Assembly (NCBI GenBank): GCA_965221185.1
Contig: OZ244866.1
Span: 2,390,901 to 2,454,900 of the forward strand
From: Candidatus Aldehydirespirator sp.
Lineage (GTDB): Bacteria > Actinomycetota > Acidimicrobiia > Acidimicrobiales > Aldehydirespiratoraceae
Reading direction: 5' to 3'
Length of the DNA: 64,000 bases
Made by a program: the position numbers and the translations under genes. The notes under the pieces are model-generated. The model had not been told where the DNA came from. It worked only from the letters and a program-made list of their open reading frames with translations, and made no database searches. Positions 41,752 through 51,606 of the stretch are shown here, piece by piece. Within the stretch, counting starts at the first letter, position 1. The number at the start of each line of letters is the position of its first letter.

Positions 41752-43281
41752 TCATCCCCACACGCCGGCGGCGTCGGAGGCCCGCAGCGCGGCGATGTCG
41801 GAGCAGCTGTGAGCGCTGGGCAGCACCTTGCCGGGGTTCATGCGGCAGTGCGGGTCGAACGACGCCCGCAGCCGGCTCTGCTGATCGAGGTCCACGGGGC
41901 TGAACATGCGGTGCATGTAGTCGCGCTTCTCCACGCCGATGCCGTGCTCGCCGGTCAGTGCTCCGCCCATGTCCAGCGACATCTCGATGATCTCGCGGCC
42001 CGCGGCGTGCACCCGCTCGTCCGCGCCGGGCACCCTGGAGTCGTAGGCCAGGATCGGGTGCAGGTTTCCGTCGCCCGCGTGGAACACGTTGAGGACGATC
42101 AGGTCATAGCGATCGACGATCTCGTACACCCGCTCCAGAACCTCTGTGAGCCGGGTGCGGGGCACCACAGTGTCGTGCAGGTAGTAGTCGGGCATCACGT
42201 TGGCCACCGCCCCGAAGGCGCTCTTGCGGCCCTTCCAGAGACGGGCCCGCTCGTCGTCGTCAGCGGCGGTGCGCACGCTGATGGCTTTGTTGCGGCGGGC
42301 GATGTCGGCGATCCGCTCGGCCGCGAGGGCTACTCCACCGGGCTGCCCGTCCACCTCGGTCAGCAGCACCGCAGCGGCGTCGGTGGGGTAGCCGGCCTGG
42401 GCGAAGTCCTCTATCGCAGCCACGCAGCGCTGGTCCATCATCTCGACGGCCGCGGGCACGATCCCGGCCGCGATGATGGCGCTGACGGTGGCCGCCGCGT
42501 CCGACACGTCGTCGTAGCACAGCAGCATGGTGCGCACCGCGGGCGGGTTGGGAGTGAGCCGCACGGCCACCGAGGTGGCGATGCCGCACATCCCCTCCGA
42601 GCCGACGAACGCGCCGCGAAGGTCGTAGCCGGCCGGCTCGGCGCTCAGGTCGCCGAGCGTGACCACCGAGCCGTCGGAGAGTACAACCTCCAGGGCCAGC
42701 ACATGGGCGCTGGTAACGCCGTAGGCCAGGCAGTGCGGCCCGCCGGAGTTGTTGGCCACGTTGCCGCCGATCGTGCAGGCCGCCTGGCTGGAGGGGTCGG
42801 GCGCATAGTGCACCCCGTGGGGGGCCAGCGCCCGCGACAGGTTCAGGTTCACCATGCCGGGCTGCACCCAGGCCACACCGTTGTCGAGGTCGATCTCGAG
42901 CAGCTTGTCCATGCGGGTCATGGCCAGCACCACGGGTCGGCCCACCGGCGCGGCGCCGCCGGCCAGCCCGGTGCCGGCGCCCCGCGGGGCCACAGCCCGG
43001 CCGTGGCGAGCGGCGGCCTTCACGCAGGCGACCACATCGGAGGTGGATTCCGGGAAGCACACGGGGCCAGCGTTGCCCTCGCGGTAGATGGAGGCGTCGC
43101 GGGAGGCCAGGTAGCGGGCGGCTGCGTCGGCGCGGACCCGGTCGGCCCCGACGGCCGCGATCAGGTCGGCCACCAGTGCGGCGTCGTCGGCCTCGACCGA
43201 CGGGGCCTCAGCAGTCGGGCGCCCGTCGCGGCGACGCGATCCCAGCACCCGGCGGGTGGCGGCAACAAGCGTCCTGGCCAC
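41752..43281 (-). CDS. glcD: FAD-linked oxidase (glycolate oxidase subunit D-like)
   Basis: Motifs PRGAGTGLAGGA and GEHGIGVEKR. The N-terminal start is uncertain. Confidence 0.7.
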   Translation of the reverse strand: MARTLVAATRRVLGSRRRDGRPTAEAPSVEADDAALVADLIAAVGADRVRADAAARYLASRDASIYREGNAGPVCFPESTSDVVACVKAAARHGRAVAPRGAGTGLAGGAAPVGRPVVLAMTRMDKLLEIDLDNGVAWVQPGMVNLNLSRALAPHGVHYAPDPSSQAACTIGGNVANNSGGPHCLAYGVTSAHVLALEVVLSDGSVVTLGDLSAEPAGYDLRGAFVGSEGMCGIATSVAVRLTPNPPAVRTMLLCYDDVSDAAATVSAIIAAGIVPAAVEMMDQRCVAAIEDFAQAGYPTDAAAVLLTEVDGQPGGVALAAERIADIARRNKAISVRTAADDDERARLWKGRKSAFGAVANVMPDYYLHDTVVPRTRLTEVLERVYEIVDRYDLIVLNVFHAGDGNLHPILAYDSRVPGADERVHAAGREIIEMSLDMGGALTGEHGIGVEKRDYMHRMFSPVDLDQQSRLRASFDPHCRMNPGKVLPSAHSCSDIAALRASDAAGVWG

Positions 43282-43331
43282 GGCTCAGACCCTAACGCGG
43301 CCCGTGGGAAGCCAGGTAGCTCGGCCCGGAG

Positions 43332-43382
43332 CGAACTTCCGGCGGTTTTCGGTCACATACGGGCACAACTCCCGGAAGTTCG
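43332..43382. repeat. Hairpin element B: 11-bp perfect stem, 29-nt loop with ATACGGGCACAA core
   Basis: CGAACTTCCGG (43332-43342) pairs with CCGGAAGTTCG (43372-43382). It lies in the divergent glcD / P450 intergenic region. Confidence 0.7.
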
Positions 43383-43472
43383 GCGCCGGTGGATCCTGGC
43401 ACGACACCACCGCTGGCGCCCGACCGCCGCGCCGCGCGAAGATGGGCGACCAGAGTGGCTGCAGAGGAAGAC

Positions 43473-44759
43473 ATGACCCAGACCGAGGCGTCCTACCACC
43501 GAGTGCCCGACGAGGTGCCGCCGCCGCCGCCGGGCTGCCCCGTCACCGGCTTCACCCCGTTCGCGGCCAACTATCTCGCCGACCCCTACGCGGTGCTCGA
43601 CGGGCTGCGGGACACACCGGTGTTCTATTCCAGCGAGCTCGGCTATCTGGTGGTCACTCGGATGGAGGACCTCAGCGAGGTGTTCCTGGATCCCGAGACG
43701 TTCGGCTCCCAGAACGTGCAGGACCCGGTGTTCCCCCTCAGCGGCGCCGCCCACGCCGTGCTGGCCGCGCCGGACTTCAACCCGGTGGCGGTCATGTCCA
43801 ACCGCCAGCCGCCGGACCACGGCCGGATCCGCAACCACACCAAGCAGGGGTTCTCCAACCGGCGCATGCGGATCCTGGAGCCCTACATCCGCGGCCGCAG
43901 CCACGTTCTTGCCGACGCCTTGCTGGGCGCCGGCTCGCCGGCGGACTTCGTGCCGGTGTTCGCGCACCCGCTGCCGGGCGAGACCATCTTCCGGTTCATC
44001 GGCTTCCCCGAGAGCGACGACGAGAAGCTCAAGGAGTGGTGCTCGGACCGGCTGGCCTTCAGCTGGGGCAAGCCCGACGAGGCCGAGCAGGTACAGATCG
44101 CCCACAAGATGTTGGCCTACTGGCGCTACTGCCGCGACTTCGTGGCCTCCAAGGTGGACGACCCCGGCGACGACTTCACCTCCGAGCTCTTGGCCGTGCA
44201 CCACAGCGACCCCGGCGAGCTCTCCTACCGCGAGGTGGAGTCGATCACCTACGGCCTGTCGTTCGCAGGCCACGAGATCGTCAGCCACTTCCTGTCGAAT
44301 TCGCTGATCTGCCTGCTGTCGCGGCCCGCCCAATGGGACGAACTGTGCGCGGACCGCTCGCTCATCGGCGCCGCGCTGGAGGAGGTGCTGCGCTTCGAGT
44401 CGCCGCAGACGAGCTGGCGGCGCGTCGCCAACACCGACGCCGAGGTGGCCGGAGTGCGGGTTCCCGCGGGGACCAACATCTTCTTGAGCCTGGCCGCGGC
44501 CAACCACCAGCCCGACTGCTTCGACAGCCCGGGCGACTTCGACATCCACCGGTCCAATGCCCGCAACCACATCTCCTTCGGCAAGGGCATCCACTTCTGC
44601 CTGGGCGCCCGCCTCGCCCGCCTGGAAGCCACCGTGGCCCTGGAGGTGCTCACCGAGCGCATCCCGTCGCTGAGGCTGGTCGAGGGCCAGAGCCTGCAGC
44701 GCTTCGCGAACATCACCTTCCGCGGCCCCCGCGAGCTGCTGGTCGCCTGGGACGCGTGA
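43473..44759 (+). CDS. Cytochrome P450
   Basis: Heme loop FGKGIHFCLGARLA and EXXR motif EEVLRFESP. A GAGGAAG RBS precedes the ATG at 43473. Confidence 0.85.
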   Translation: MTQTEASYHRVPDEVPPPPPGCPVTGFTPFAANYLADPYAVLDGLRDTPVFYSSELGYLVVTRMEDLSEVFLDPETFGSQNVQDPVFPLSGAAHAVLAAPDFNPVAVMSNRQPPDHGRIRNHTKQGFSNRRMRILEPYIRGRSHVLADALLGAGSPADFVPVFAHPLPGETIFRFIGFPESDDEKLKEWCSDRLAFSWGKPDEAEQVQIAHKMLAYWRYCRDFVASKVDDPGDDFTSELLAVHHSDPGELSYREVESITYGLSFAGHEIVSHFLSNSLICLLSRPAQWDELCADRSLIGAALEEVLRFESPQTSWRRVANTDAEVAGVRVPAGTNIFLSLAAANHQPDCFDSPGDFDIHRSNARNHISFGKGIHFCLGARLARLEATVALEVLTERIPSLRLVEGQSLQRFANITFRGPRELLVAWDA

Positions 44760-46318
44760 CCACCATCGGTGCTCTGGTCGCGGATGCCGCCGCCCGCTTC
44801 GGCGCGGCGGAGGCTCTGGTGGACGGCGAGGTGCGGATTTCGTTCGCCCAACTGGGGGACCGGGTCGGCGAGATGGCTGCCGCGCTGGGCGCATGGGGAC
44901 TGTCGCCGGGCGACAGGGTGGGCGTGTGGGGACCCAACTGGTGGGAGTGGGCCGTGGCCGCCCTGGGTGTTCACGCCGCGGGCGGGGTGGTGGTGCCGAT
45001 CAACACCCGCTTCAGGGGCGACGAGGCCGCCTTCGTGCTCGACCGGTCCGGGGCCCGCCTGCTGTTCTGCTCCACCGACTTCCTGGGCACCGACCACCTG
45101 GGCCTGCTGCGCGCCGCCGACGGGGGCGTGCCCTCGTGCGTCGAGCAGGTCGTGGCCTTGCGGGAGCCGGTGCCGCCCGGCGCGGCCGGGTTCTCCGAGT
45201 TCATCGCCCAAGCCCGACCGGGCGCTCCCCCCGACTCGAAGCCGGCGCTCGTCTCGGAACACGACCCGTGCCACATCATGTTCACCTCGGGCACCACGGG
45301 CCGGCCCAAGGGAGTGGTGCTCAAGCACGCACCGGTGTGCCGGGCCTACCGGAGCTGGGCCTCGGTGATCGGGCTGCGCCACGACGACCGCTACCTGATC
45401 GTCAACCCGTTCTTCCACTCCTTCGGCCTCAACGCCGGGATCCTGGCCTGCCTGATGACCGGGGCGACGATGGTGCCCCACCCCGTGTTCGACGTGCCGT
45501 CGGTGATGGCCCGCGTGCCGCAGGAGCGGATCTCGATGCTGCCCGGCCCGCCCGCCATCTACCAGACCATCCTGAACCATCCCGACCTCGACAGCTTCGA
45601 CATGTCGACCCTGCGGCTGGCGGTGACCGGCGCCGCCCCGGTGCCGGTGCCGATGATCGAGGCCATGCGGGAGCGCCTCGGCTTCGAGGTGGTGGTCACC
45701 GGCTACGGGCTCACCGAGTCGTCGGGCATCGCCACCATGTGCCGCCACGACGATCCGCCCGAGACGATCTCGGCCACCTCGGGCCGGGCCATCGACGACG
45801 TGGAGGTGCGGGTCGCCGGCCCCGACGGCACCGAGGTGCGGCCCGGCGAGCCGGGCGAGATCGTGGTGCGGGGCTACAACGTGATGGACGGCTACTTCGA
45901 CGACCCCGAGGCCACCGAGGCCGCCATCGGCGCCGACGGGTGGCTGCACACCGGCGACATCGGCACCATGGACGCAGCCGGGTATGTAGCCATCACCGAC
46001 CGGCTCAAGGACATGTTCATCTGCGGCGGTTTCAACGCCTACCCGGCCGAGATCGAGGCGGCCATGCTGGCCCACCCCGCGGTGGGCCAGGTGGCTGTGG
46101 TGGGCCGGCCCGACGACCGCTTGGGGGAGGTGGGCCACGCCTTCGTAGTGCCCGCCCCCGGCGCCGCTGCCGACGAGGCCGCCGGGGCCGAGCTGGTGGC
46201 GTGGTGCCGGGAGCGGATGGCCAACTACAAGGCCCCGCGCGGCATCACCCTCGTCACCGAGCTTCCGCTCAACGCGTCGGGCAAGGTGCTCAAGCACGAG
46301 CTGCGGGCCCGACTCTGA
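44756..46318 (+). CDS. AMP-dependent acyl-CoA synthetase/ligase (FadD-like)
   Basis: The GTG start overlaps the P450 stop (GTGA). AMP-binding motif MFTSGTTGRPKGV. C-terminal GKVLKHELR. Confidence 0.8.
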   Translation: MTTIGALVADAAARFGAAEALVDGEVRISFAQLGDRVGEMAAALGAWGLSPGDRVGVWGPNWWEWAVAALGVHAAGGVVVPINTRFRGDEAAFVLDRSGARLLFCSTDFLGTDHLGLLRAADGGVPSCVEQVVALREPVPPGAAGFSEFIAQARPGAPPDSKPALVSEHDPCHIMFTSGTTGRPKGVVLKHAPVCRAYRSWASVIGLRHDDRYLIVNPFFHSFGLNAGILACLMTGATMVPHPVFDVPSVMARVPQERISMLPGPPAIYQTILNHPDLDSFDMSTLRLAVTGAAPVPVPMIEAMRERLGFEVVVTGYGLTESSGIATMCRHDDPPETISATSGRAIDDVEVRVAGPDGTEVRPGEPGEIVVRGYNVMDGYFDDPEATEAAIGADGWLHTGDIGTMDAAGYVAITDRLKDMFICGGFNAYPAEIEAAMLAHPAVGQVAVVGRPDDRLGEVGHAFVVPAPGAAADEAAGAELVAWCRERMANYKAPRGITLVTELPLNASGKVLKHELRARL

Positions 46319-46338
46319 GTGGCGCGGCAGCCGCCCCC

Positions 46339-46387
46339 AAAATCCCTGTGGTTGAGGACACTACAGGTCGCTAACCACAGGGATTTT
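46339..46387. terminator. Bidirectional terminator-like hairpin between convergent genes
   Basis: 15-bp perfect stem AAAATCCCTGTGGTT / AACCACAGGGATTTT with a 19-nt loop, flanked by C-run and G-run extensions. Confidence 0.6.
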
Positions 46388-46409
46388 CGGGGTTTGGGGG
46401 CGAAGGTCC

Positions 46410-46772
46410 CTATGCCGCCCGGCCCCGATGGTCGGGCGTGTCCAGGTCGAACGACTTGCGGATGTGCTCGTCGGACAGCCAGGGGCTGACCTGTTCGGGG
46501 GCTGGCGTCGCACCGACATTGAACACGGGCCTCAGAGTTGCAGGCCGATCCTTGGTGCGGGTGCGCGAGCCGGACGCATCGCCGTGGACCTGCATCGAGG
46601 GGTGCCGGGCACGGACGTAGGCCTCGGCCGGCCTCAGGTCCCTCGTGTGGCCCGACTCGAGGTCGGGCCGGCCGTGCCCTCCACCGCGGTAGTAGGTGGC
46701 GATCCGGGCCGCCGCGGCCACCGCTGGCAGAGCCAGGAACACCACGACGGCGATCAGGAGTGTGTATGTCAT
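46410..46772 (-). CDS. Small membrane-anchored hypothetical protein (120 aa)
   Basis: The ATG at 46772 is preceded by GAGGAGAAGAGGAA. The N-terminal TM helix is TLLIAVVVFLALPAVAAAA. Confidence 0.45.
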   Translation of the reverse strand: MTYTLLIAVVVFLALPAVAAAARIATYYRGGGHGRPDLESGHTRDLRPAEAYVRARHPSMQVHGDASGSRTRTKDRPATLRPVFNVGATPAPEQVSPWLSDEHIRKSFDLDTPDHRGRAA

Positions 46773-46911
46773 TTCCTCTTCTCCTCTTCTTGCCTTCCAA
46801 TCGGACCTGCCATGAGCCGGTACGCCCGTTTCGTTCGTTTTCTCTGTTATCGAACATATGGCCGGAAGCGCTCGTCGCATTCGTGATCTTGGTCACATAG
46901 CGTCTCCCTCC

Positions 46912-48531
46912 ATGACCTCCGGTCGCGTTCCCGGATCGTCGCCGTTCGTGCCGGTGCCATTGACGCCGGTGTCCTTCCTGGACCGGGCCCGGGTGGTGCA
47001 CGGCGACCGCCCCGCGGTGGTGGACGGGCCCCTGACCCGCAACTACGAGGACCTCGCCGAGCGCTGCGAGCGGCTGGCCGGAGCCACGCTGGACCTGGGC
47101 CTGGAGCCCGGCGACGCGGTGTCGGTGCTGGCCCCCAACGTGTCCATGGCCCTGGAGGCGACGTTCGGGTTTCCTATGGCCGGGGTGGTGTTCAACGCCC
47201 TCAACTCCAGGCTCTCGGCACCAGAGCTGGCCTGGATCGTGGCCCACGCCGAGTCCAGGGTGCTCTTCGCCGACCACGCTCTGGCCGATGTGGCCCGATC
47301 GATCCAGCAGCAGGTACCGGGGTTGCGACTGGTGGTGTCGAGCGATGCCGGCGTGTCAGGCGCCTCCGACTGCGCGTACGAGGCGCTGCTGGCCGCGGCC
47401 GAGCCCCACCGGGCCGGCATCGCCGACGAGCATGCGGTTCTGAGCCTCAACTACACGTCGGGCACGACGGGCAACCCCAAGGGCGTCATGTACTCGCACC
47501 GGGGCGCCAACCTCAATGCCCTGGCGATGGCTGCCCAGTGCGACCTCGACAGCGACACCGCGTTCCTGTGGACGCTGCCCATGTTCCACTGCAACGGCTG
47601 GTGCTTCCCGTGGGCGGTCACCGCGGTGGGCGCGACGCACCTGATGCTGCGGGCCCTGGAGCCGGGCACGGTGTGGCGCCACATCCGCGAGGACGGAGCG
47701 ACCCACTTCAACGCGGCCCCCACCGTGCTGATCGGCCTGGTCAACCACCCCGACGCCGCGCCGGCGCCCCGCACTGTGCGGGTGGCCACCGGCGGCGCGC
47801 CCCCGTCGCCCACGCTGCTGGCGCAGATGGCCGAGCTCAACATCGACGTGACCCACTTGTACGGATTGACCGAGACCTACGGCCCGTCGCTGATCTGCGA
47901 CTGGCGCAGCGAGTGGGACGGCCTGCCCGCGGGCGAGCAGGCCCGGATCAAGGCCCGCCAGGGAGTGGGCACGCTGGTGACGTCCTCGGTGCGGGTGGTC
48001 GACGCCGACGGTGCCGACGTGCCCGCCGACGCCACCACCCAGGGCGAGATCGCCATCAGGGGCAACAACGTGATGCTGGGCTACTACAAGGATCCCAACG
48101 CCACCGCGGCGGCGTCGGTGGAGGGCCCCGACGGCACATGGTTCCGCACCGGGGACGTGGCCGTGATGCACGACCACGGCTATGTGGAGGTGCGGGACCG
48201 GGCCAAGGACGTGATCATCTCCGGCGGCGAGAACATCGCCTCCATCGAGGTGGAGCAGGCCCTGGCGTCGCACCCCGACGTGGTGGAGTGCGCAGTGGTG
48301 GCCGCCCCCGACGACACCTGGGGCGAGGTGCCCGCCGCCTTCGTGGTGCTGCGGCCCGGCGCGGCCGTCACCGAGACCGACCTCGTCGAGCACGTGAAGA
48401 CCCGCATCGCTCGCTTCAAGGCCCCCAAGTCGGTGACGTTTGGCGATCTGCCCAAGACCGCCACCGGCAAGATCCAGAAGTTCGCCCTGCGCGACCAGCT
48501 CTGGGGCGGCCGCGACCGCCGGGTCAACTAG
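46912..48531 (+). CDS. AMP-dependent acyl-CoA synthetase (medium-chain type)
   Basis: Motifs NYTSGTTGNPKGV, YGLTETYGP and GKIQKFALR. The start could instead be at 46858. Confidence 0.8.
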   Translation: MTSGRVPGSSPFVPVPLTPVSFLDRARVVHGDRPAVVDGPLTRNYEDLAERCERLAGATLDLGLEPGDAVSVLAPNVSMALEATFGFPMAGVVFNALNSRLSAPELAWIVAHAESRVLFADHALADVARSIQQQVPGLRLVVSSDAGVSGASDCAYEALLAAAEPHRAGIADEHAVLSLNYTSGTTGNPKGVMYSHRGANLNALAMAAQCDLDSDTAFLWTLPMFHCNGWCFPWAVTAVGATHLMLRALEPGTVWRHIREDGATHFNAAPTVLIGLVNHPDAAPAPRTVRVATGGAPPSPTLLAQMAELNIDVTHLYGLTETYGPSLICDWRSEWDGLPAGEQARIKARQGVGTLVTSSVRVVDADGADVPADATTQGEIAIRGNNVMLGYYKDPNATAAASVEGPDGTWFRTGDVAVMHDHGYVEVRDRAKDVIISGGENIASIEVEQALASHPDVVECAVVAAPDDTWGEVPAAFVVLRPGAAVTETDLVEHVKTRIARFKAPKSVTFGDLPKTATGKIQKFALRDQLWGGRDRRVN

Positions 48532-48549
48532 AACTGGGCGCAGCCCCAG

Positions 48550-49503
48550 TCAGGTCTGGTCAACCAGGGGGACGACCGACTCAGCGAAGGCGTCGAACTG
48601 CTCCAGGTACTCCTCGAGGGTGCGGGCCCGGAACTTGAGATGGAAGGTGTTGGCTCCGGCGGCTCGCGCCGAGCGGATGCTGGCCGCAACAGGCTCGACG
48701 CCACACGCCATCACCGGGGGCAGCCCCTCGGGGGCGGTGTCGGCCAGCAGGTAGCACCACGGCGGCATGAAGCCCACATCGAAGCGGGCGCCGTCGCGCC
48801 CGGCGGCGGCCGCGGCCGCGTTCATGGTGTCGATGATCTGGCCGTACTGCGCAACGGGGTTGCCCATCGGCACGTAGCCGTCGCCCAGTCGCCCGGCGCG
48901 CCTCCAGGCGGCCCGGCCACTTCCGCCCACCCAGATGGGCAACTCGCGCGCCGGCGCGGGGCCGACCCCCACGTCGGAATAGCTGAACGCCTCGCCCGAG
49001 TGGCTGACGTAGCGGTCGGCGAAGGCTCCCCTGACTGCCTCCAAGGTTTCGTCGAGCAGCCGGCCCCTAGCAGCGAAGTCCACTCCCAGAGCCTCGAACT
49101 CGGCCTCCACGTGCCCGGCTCCCACGCCGAGAATGGCCCGCCCTCCCGAGAGGTGGTCGAGCGTGGCGAAGGACTTGGCGGTCTGCAGCGGGTGCCGGTA
49201 GGCGGCGATCCACACCGCGGAGGCCAGGTTGACAGTGTCGGTGCGGGCGGCCAGGTACGACAGGGTCGCCACGGTGTCGTACCAGGTGGTGCCCATGCGG
49301 GCCGCGTAGTCGTTGTCGGGAATGGCCACGTGATCGCACACCCCCACGAAGTGATGGCCGGTGGCCTCGGCCTTGCGGGCGATGCGCACCAGGTCGTCGA
49401 CGGTGGCGGTGTGCTCCCAGAGGTCGGCCAGCGTCGCGGTGAGAGTCTGGATCGGCAGCCCGACGCCGTGAGTCCATCCGCCCGGCGGTGTGATCGCAGC
49501 CAT
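48550..49503 (-). CDS. Luciferase-like monooxygenase family (probably F420-dependent) oxidoreductase
   Basis: The length and the motifs LDHLSGGRAILGVGAGH and PIWVGG are typical of LLM-class oxidoreductases. Confidence 0.65.
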   Translation of the reverse strand: MAAITPPGGWTHGVGLPIQTLTATLADLWEHTATVDDLVRIARKAEATGHHFVGVCDHVAIPDNDYAARMGTTWYDTVATLSYLAARTDTVNLASAVWIAAYRHPLQTAKSFATLDHLSGGRAILGVGAGHVEAEFEALGVDFAARGRLLDETLEAVRGAFADRYVSHSGEAFSYSDVGVGPAPARELPIWVGGSGRAAWRRAGRLGDGYVPMGNPVAQYGQIIDTMNAAAAAAGRDGARFDVGFMPPWCYLLADTAPEGLPPVMACGVEPVAASIRSARAAGANTFHLKFRARTLEEYLEQFDAFAESVVPLVDQT

Positions 49504-49556
49504 CGTCGCCCGATGCTACGGCGCGCCGGCGCGCCGTGGGCGGGCGCCCGGGCCGG

Positions 49557-49949
49557 CTAGTTGCGGCAGCCGCTGAAGCCTGGATCGGGGCCGGGGCGCC
49601 GGGGCGGGGCGAAGAAGTCGTTCTCGCTGTCAGCGAGCAGACTGCGCTTGCGCATGATCGCCCTGCGCTCGGCTTCCAGATACAGGTAGCGCTGGACGTC
49701 TTCGGGAGTGCCGTCGCTCATGAACATGTTGACGGCCACGGGGTCGCGGCACAGCTCCTCGCGGATGTCGTCCTTGGTGATCCTGCCGTTGCCGCGGCCG
49801 GCGCGCTCGCGCTTCATCCGCCAGCGGTACCACTTGTTCCGGGCGATGGGGACGATCAGCCCCAGGTTGAACATCGCCAGTCCGAAACACGCGAACTCTG
49901 CGGTCATCAACAGCGGCGCCATGCTGCTCTCTCCTGCTTGAGCGGACAT
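49557..49949 (-). CDS. Small membrane protein, hypothetical
   Basis: TM helix AEFACFGLAMFNLGLIVPI followed by a basic stretch. A likelier start is at 49922. Confidence 0.4.
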   Translation of the reverse strand: MSAQAGESSMAPLLMTAEFACFGLAMFNLGLIVPIARNKWYRWRMKRERAGRGNGRITKDDIREELCRDPVAVNMFMSDGTPEDVQRYLYLEAERRAIMRKRSLLADSENDFFAPPRRPGPDPGFSGCRN

Positions 49950-50085
49950 CTGGCGCCCGGACGACTGGGTCGCGATACTTGTCTGATTTCAGTATATCCG
50001 ATGCTGTCTGGGGTTTCGGCATCGGGCTGTCTACGGCTGCCTGCCTATGCCGCTGCGGCCCACCCGTCGTTAGCATCGGCGGACC

Positions 50086-50748
50086 ATGAGCTTTCGCACT
50101 GCCTTCCTCGACGAAGCGCTCGCGGCCTACGTCGCGGCTCACTCCACCGGCCCCGACGAGGTGCAGCGGGAACTGATCGCGGCCACGGCCGGGCTCGGCG
50201 GCGCCAGCATCATGCAGATCGGTACGGCCCAGGGCGCCCTGATGACGCTGCTCACCACCCTGCTGAGGCCCCGCTTCGCGGTGGAGGTGGGCACATTCAC
50301 CGGCTACTCGGCCCTGGCCGTGGCCAAAGCGCTGCCTCCGGGTGGACGGCTCCTGTGCTGCGACATCTCGGAGGAGTGGACCGCCATGGCCCGCGAGCAC
50401 TGGGAGCGGGCGGGCGTCAGCGATCGCATCGACCTGCGCATCGCTCCAGCCATGGACACGTTGCGCTCCCTCCCCCCGGAGCCGGCCGTCGACCTCGCGT
50501 TCATCGACGCCGACAAGGCGTCCTACATCACCTACTACGAGGAGCTGGTTCCCCGGCTGTCGGCGAGGGGCGTGATCCTGGTGGACAACGCGCTGTGGGA
50601 CGGGCATGTGGCCGACCCCGCCCAGACCGACTCAACCACCGAGGACCTGCGCAACTTCAACGCCCACGTCATCGCAGACGAACGGGTGATGGTGGCACTG
50701 CTGCCGGTGGGTGACGGCCTCTCGGTGATCACACGCCGTCCTGCCTGA
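50086..50748 (+). CDS. Class I O-methyltransferase (caffeoyl-CoA OMT-like)
   Basis: Motifs VEVGTFTGYSALAVA, DLAFIDADK and ILVDNALW. Confidence 0.8.
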   Translation: MSFRTAFLDEALAAYVAAHSTGPDEVQRELIAATAGLGGASIMQIGTAQGALMTLLTTLLRPRFAVEVGTFTGYSALAVAKALPPGGRLLCCDISEEWTAMAREHWERAGVSDRIDLRIAPAMDTLRSLPPEPAVDLAFIDADKASYITYYEELVPRLSARGVILVDNALWDGHVADPAQTDSTTEDLRNFNAHVIADERVMVALLPVGDGLSVITRRPA

Positions 50749-50806
50749 CCCGGGGCCGGCCCACGACCGGGAGGGGTGGCGCGGCCGGACGAGCCGCGGT
50801 GTCCGG

Positions 50807-51586
50807 TCAGCCAGTGTCGAGTCGAACAGGATTCGACAGCACGCCTATGCCCGTGACCTCGATATCCACGACGTCCCCTGGCGCGATCTGGCAGTTCGAA
50901 TCGGCGCCCATCCACAGCACGTCGCCAGGATGGAGCGTGATGTAGCGCGACGCCTCGACGATGAAGTCCCATGGGTCGAACACCATGTCGCCGGTCGCGA
51001 ATTCTGCCCGGGCCTCGCCGTTCACCCGGACGACGGTGGTCTGGGCCATGGGGTCGACGTCAGTCTCGATCCAGGGGCCCATCGGCTTGAAGGTGTCGCT
51101 GTTCTTGCTGCGCCAGAAAGACCGGTCGGCGCGCTGCCATTCGCGAGCGCTCACGTCGTTGCCGATCGTCCAGCCGAACACCGACTCCTGCGCCTCCGCC
51201 CGCGACGCGTTGCGGACACGGCGGCCGAGAACGGCCACCACCTCGCCCTCGGCCTCGAAGGGGCCCGTCACGTCGGGCGGCACGACTATGGCCTCGCCGT
51301 GCCCGATCAACGCATTATTCGCCCGGTAGCCCACCTCGGGACGCTCAGGAACCGTGACCGTCCTGCCCGCAGCCCTCTGGTGCTCAACATGGCGTCGGTA
51401 GTTCAGACCTACCGCGTAGAACACGAACGGCACCACCGGCGGCAGAAGGCCCACTCCTTCTCGGGGGAGGGATTTCTCGACGCCGGTGTCGCCCTCTAAC
51501 GGGGAGCCGCGCAGCACGTGGACCGCGTCGTCGTCCATCCGGACCCAGCGGGGCTCGCCGTCGAGAGATATTCGGCCGTACCGCAT
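50807..51586 (-). CDS. Fumarylacetoacetate hydrolase (FAH) family protein
   Basis: Motifs GLNYRRH, EGEVVAVLG and IGNDVSAREWQ. Confidence 0.75.
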   Translation of the reverse strand: MRYGRISLDGEPRWVRMDDDAVHVLRGSPLEGDTGVEKSLPREGVGLLPPVVPFVFYAVGLNYRRHVEHQRAAGRTVTVPERPEVGYRANNALIGHGEAIVVPPDVTGPFEAEGEVVAVLGRRVRNASRAEAQESVFGWTIGNDVSAREWQRADRSFWRSKNSDTFKPMGPWIETDVDPMAQTTVVRVNGEARAEFATGDMVFDPWDFIVEASRYITLHPGDVLWMGADSNCQIAPGDVVDIEVTGIGVLSNPVRLDTG

Positions 51587-51606
51587 CGGAAGTCAGCCAG
51601 CCTAAG

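Noticed and set aside
43256-44755. 500-codon upstream extension of the acyl-CoA ligase frame (1020-aa ORF)
   Set aside because: It runs through the P450 gene in a different frame with no recognisable motifs. A GTG at 44756 overlapping the P450 stop fits the ligase N-terminus.
44249-46297. 682-aa minus-strand ORF antisense to the acyl-CoA ligase, with similar antisense ORFs at 848..2185, 4301..5443, 47356..48393 and 55881..56996
   Set aside because: No motifs and biased composition. Each is fully covered by a sense-strand gene with clear family signatures.
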